Of a stretch of DNA of 64,000 bases, positions 62,399 to 64,000 are shown one piece after another. Source of the stretch: Massalongia carnosa (lineage: Eukaryota); contig OZ287075.1 in assembly GCA_965645245.1 (NCBI GenBank), positions 1,550,001 through 1,614,000 on the forward strand, written 5' to 3'. The translations under genes and the position numbers were made by a program. Below the pieces are notes generated by a model. The model was given only the letters and a program-made list of their open reading frames with translations, did no database searches and was not told the DNA's origin. The number at the start of each line of letters is the position of its first letter. The stretch's first letter is position 1.

Positions 62399-62879
62399 CT
62401 CTGAGACACGGTAGATTCGAGAGAAGGTTGGCTTTCTCTAAGGGATTCCATCACACGTGCTATGTACGGAGTAGGAAGTCTTATAACTCGGACAGGGATT
62501 TCCAGCTGTCAAATACGCTAGTTAACCTCGATAGCTCATGGGTAGATCCGCACCTTCCATGTTAGCTCCTGGCACACGTATTGCTACAGAGTATGCAGTA
62601 ATCTTGCTGCAAATTTTGCTGCAAATTTTGCTCTCTAGACCTGCGTCGCCCGGCTTCTCAAACAATCAAACCGATGGTGATGGTTTACAACGACTATTCG
62701 CACCTCTTTAAAGCCAAATCTTCCTTAATGTACGGAGTAAAGGGGCAGCACTTGACTTCTACTTCGAGGGACACGTTTTCCGACCTGCCTTTGGAATCCA
62801 CCTTGCCACAGGGCCGCACACAGATTGTTGAGTTTATCAATACTAGCTCTTTTGGCGTAGTTGTATATTGGATATCGAC

Positions 62880-63700
62880 ATGAATACAATTCGAGAAATC
62901 CAATCTCTAAACAAACGTGAACTAGAGAATGGAGTGTAAGGATTTTGATCCCCAAAACCGTTTCGCTATGGAACACTTACGCGCCTGGCAGATCTACAGA
63001 AGCCTCTTGGCATGCAGACTATCGAGATACAGCCTACATATATATAGGCGGGCTCCCCTTCGATCTCTCCGAGGGAGATGTAATGGCCATCTTCTCTCAA
63101 TTCGGCGAGCCAGTTTACGTCAATATAATACGAGATAAGGAATCTGGAAAATCTAAGGGTTTTGCTTTCTTGAAGTATGAGGACCAGCGTAGCACAGATC
63201 TTGCAGTGGATAATTTAGGAGGTGTAATAGTACTGGGACGTGTGCTGAAGGTGGATCATACCCGTTACAAGCGCAGGGATGATGAAGAAGAGATGGAAAG
63301 GGAGCAGGCTCTCAGCGGTCAGAAAAATATCAAGCCTGGTGGTCTGAATGGAAGGCAATCTAGTGAGGATGAGGCCGAGGAGCAGAAGCGGCCACTGCTC
63401 AGAGAAGAGATCGAGCTGGCTGCGTTGATTCGGGAGCACGATGAGGATGACCCAATGAAGGAATATCTAGTGCAGGAAAAGAAAGAGGAGGTTGCTAAGG
63501 CTCTGGCCGTTATGAATCAGAAGGACCACAAAGGGGGTGGTGAAAAGAAACACAATAACCAAAAAAGCCACCGCCGCGATCGTCATAATCACAAACGTCA
63601 GCCAAGGAGGCATAACGACGGTTCTGATTCAGGGGCTAAGCCAAAAAGCAATCATCGAACTCATAGAAGTCGCAGAAGCAGCTCATGCAGCCCTCGATGA
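62880..63700 (+). CDS. IST3: RES complex RRM protein Ist3/Snu17 (RBMX2); intron 62936-62991
   Basis: MNTIREIQSLNKRELENGV|STEASWHADYRDTAYIYIGGL...GKSKGFAFLKYEDQRSTDLAVDNL. Confidence 0.95.
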
Positions 63701-64000
63701 GAGGATCAGCGCTTAACTCAAGGTCAGAGATATAAAATCCCGGCCGCGTCAAACTTGAAGATTTACGTATATTACAAAAATACAGCTGAACTATATCCAG
63801 TTCCCACCTCTCTATGTCGAGACTGATCACTAAGCCTTGGGAGTATTGTCTACCAAGCTTTCAAGCAGCATTCAAAAAAACTTATTCTCCCCAGATGACT
63901 TTTGAATTATCTACGGAGCCTGAAGGGTTTCTAGCTGCTGGCAAAGAATACCCTCCGAACTAGCTATGTATCTAAACACAAGAGCGGATTTCCCCAGTGC

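Noticed and set aside
81..63700. Stop-codon readthrough (TGA-CTA) or cryptic PTS1 extensions
   Set aside because: None of the gene ends I inspected has the TGA CTA context or an obvious SKL-type extension.

Overview
Gene-dense eukaryotic DNA from a filamentous ascomycete (Pezizomycotina). The evidence is short GT-AG introns of about 50-60 nt with CTRAY branch points and orthologues such as apsA and SSK1. A lichen-forming (Lecanoromycete) origin is possible but is only inference. I could assemble about 21 spliced protein-coding genes by eye: an MFS transporter, MTG1, a conserved hypothetical protein, a GT8/Gnt1-like protein, PRP38, ISY1, VMS1, a BAR-SH3 protein, a DUF2439 protein, apsA/NUM1, CWC24, a desaturase-like protein, a membrane-anchored spermidine-synthase-like methyltransferase, a HAL/NPR kinase, SSK1, a GRAM-VASt (LAM) sterol transfer protein, an MIT/coiled-coil Atg38-like protein, an F-box protein, a tyrosine phosphatase, dynein light intermediate chain and IST3/SNU17. 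The window also holds a decayed piggyBac-like transposon with TIRs but no TTAA, probable gene relics and microsatellite-rich spacers. The most interesting signals are: a 9-mer TAC(A/G)GAGTA found 16 times, only in intergenic DNA; a near-identical 17-bp element upstream of both ISY1 and VMS1; candidate AIM and FFAT motifs in the Atg38-like protein, which is paired head-to-head with the LAM gene; three tandem phospho-FFAT-like motifs in ApsA; four spliceosome-activation genes in one window; and a GC-AG intron. No tRNA, rRNA or CRISPR features were seen. Intron coordinates and motif counts were read by eye and are unverified.
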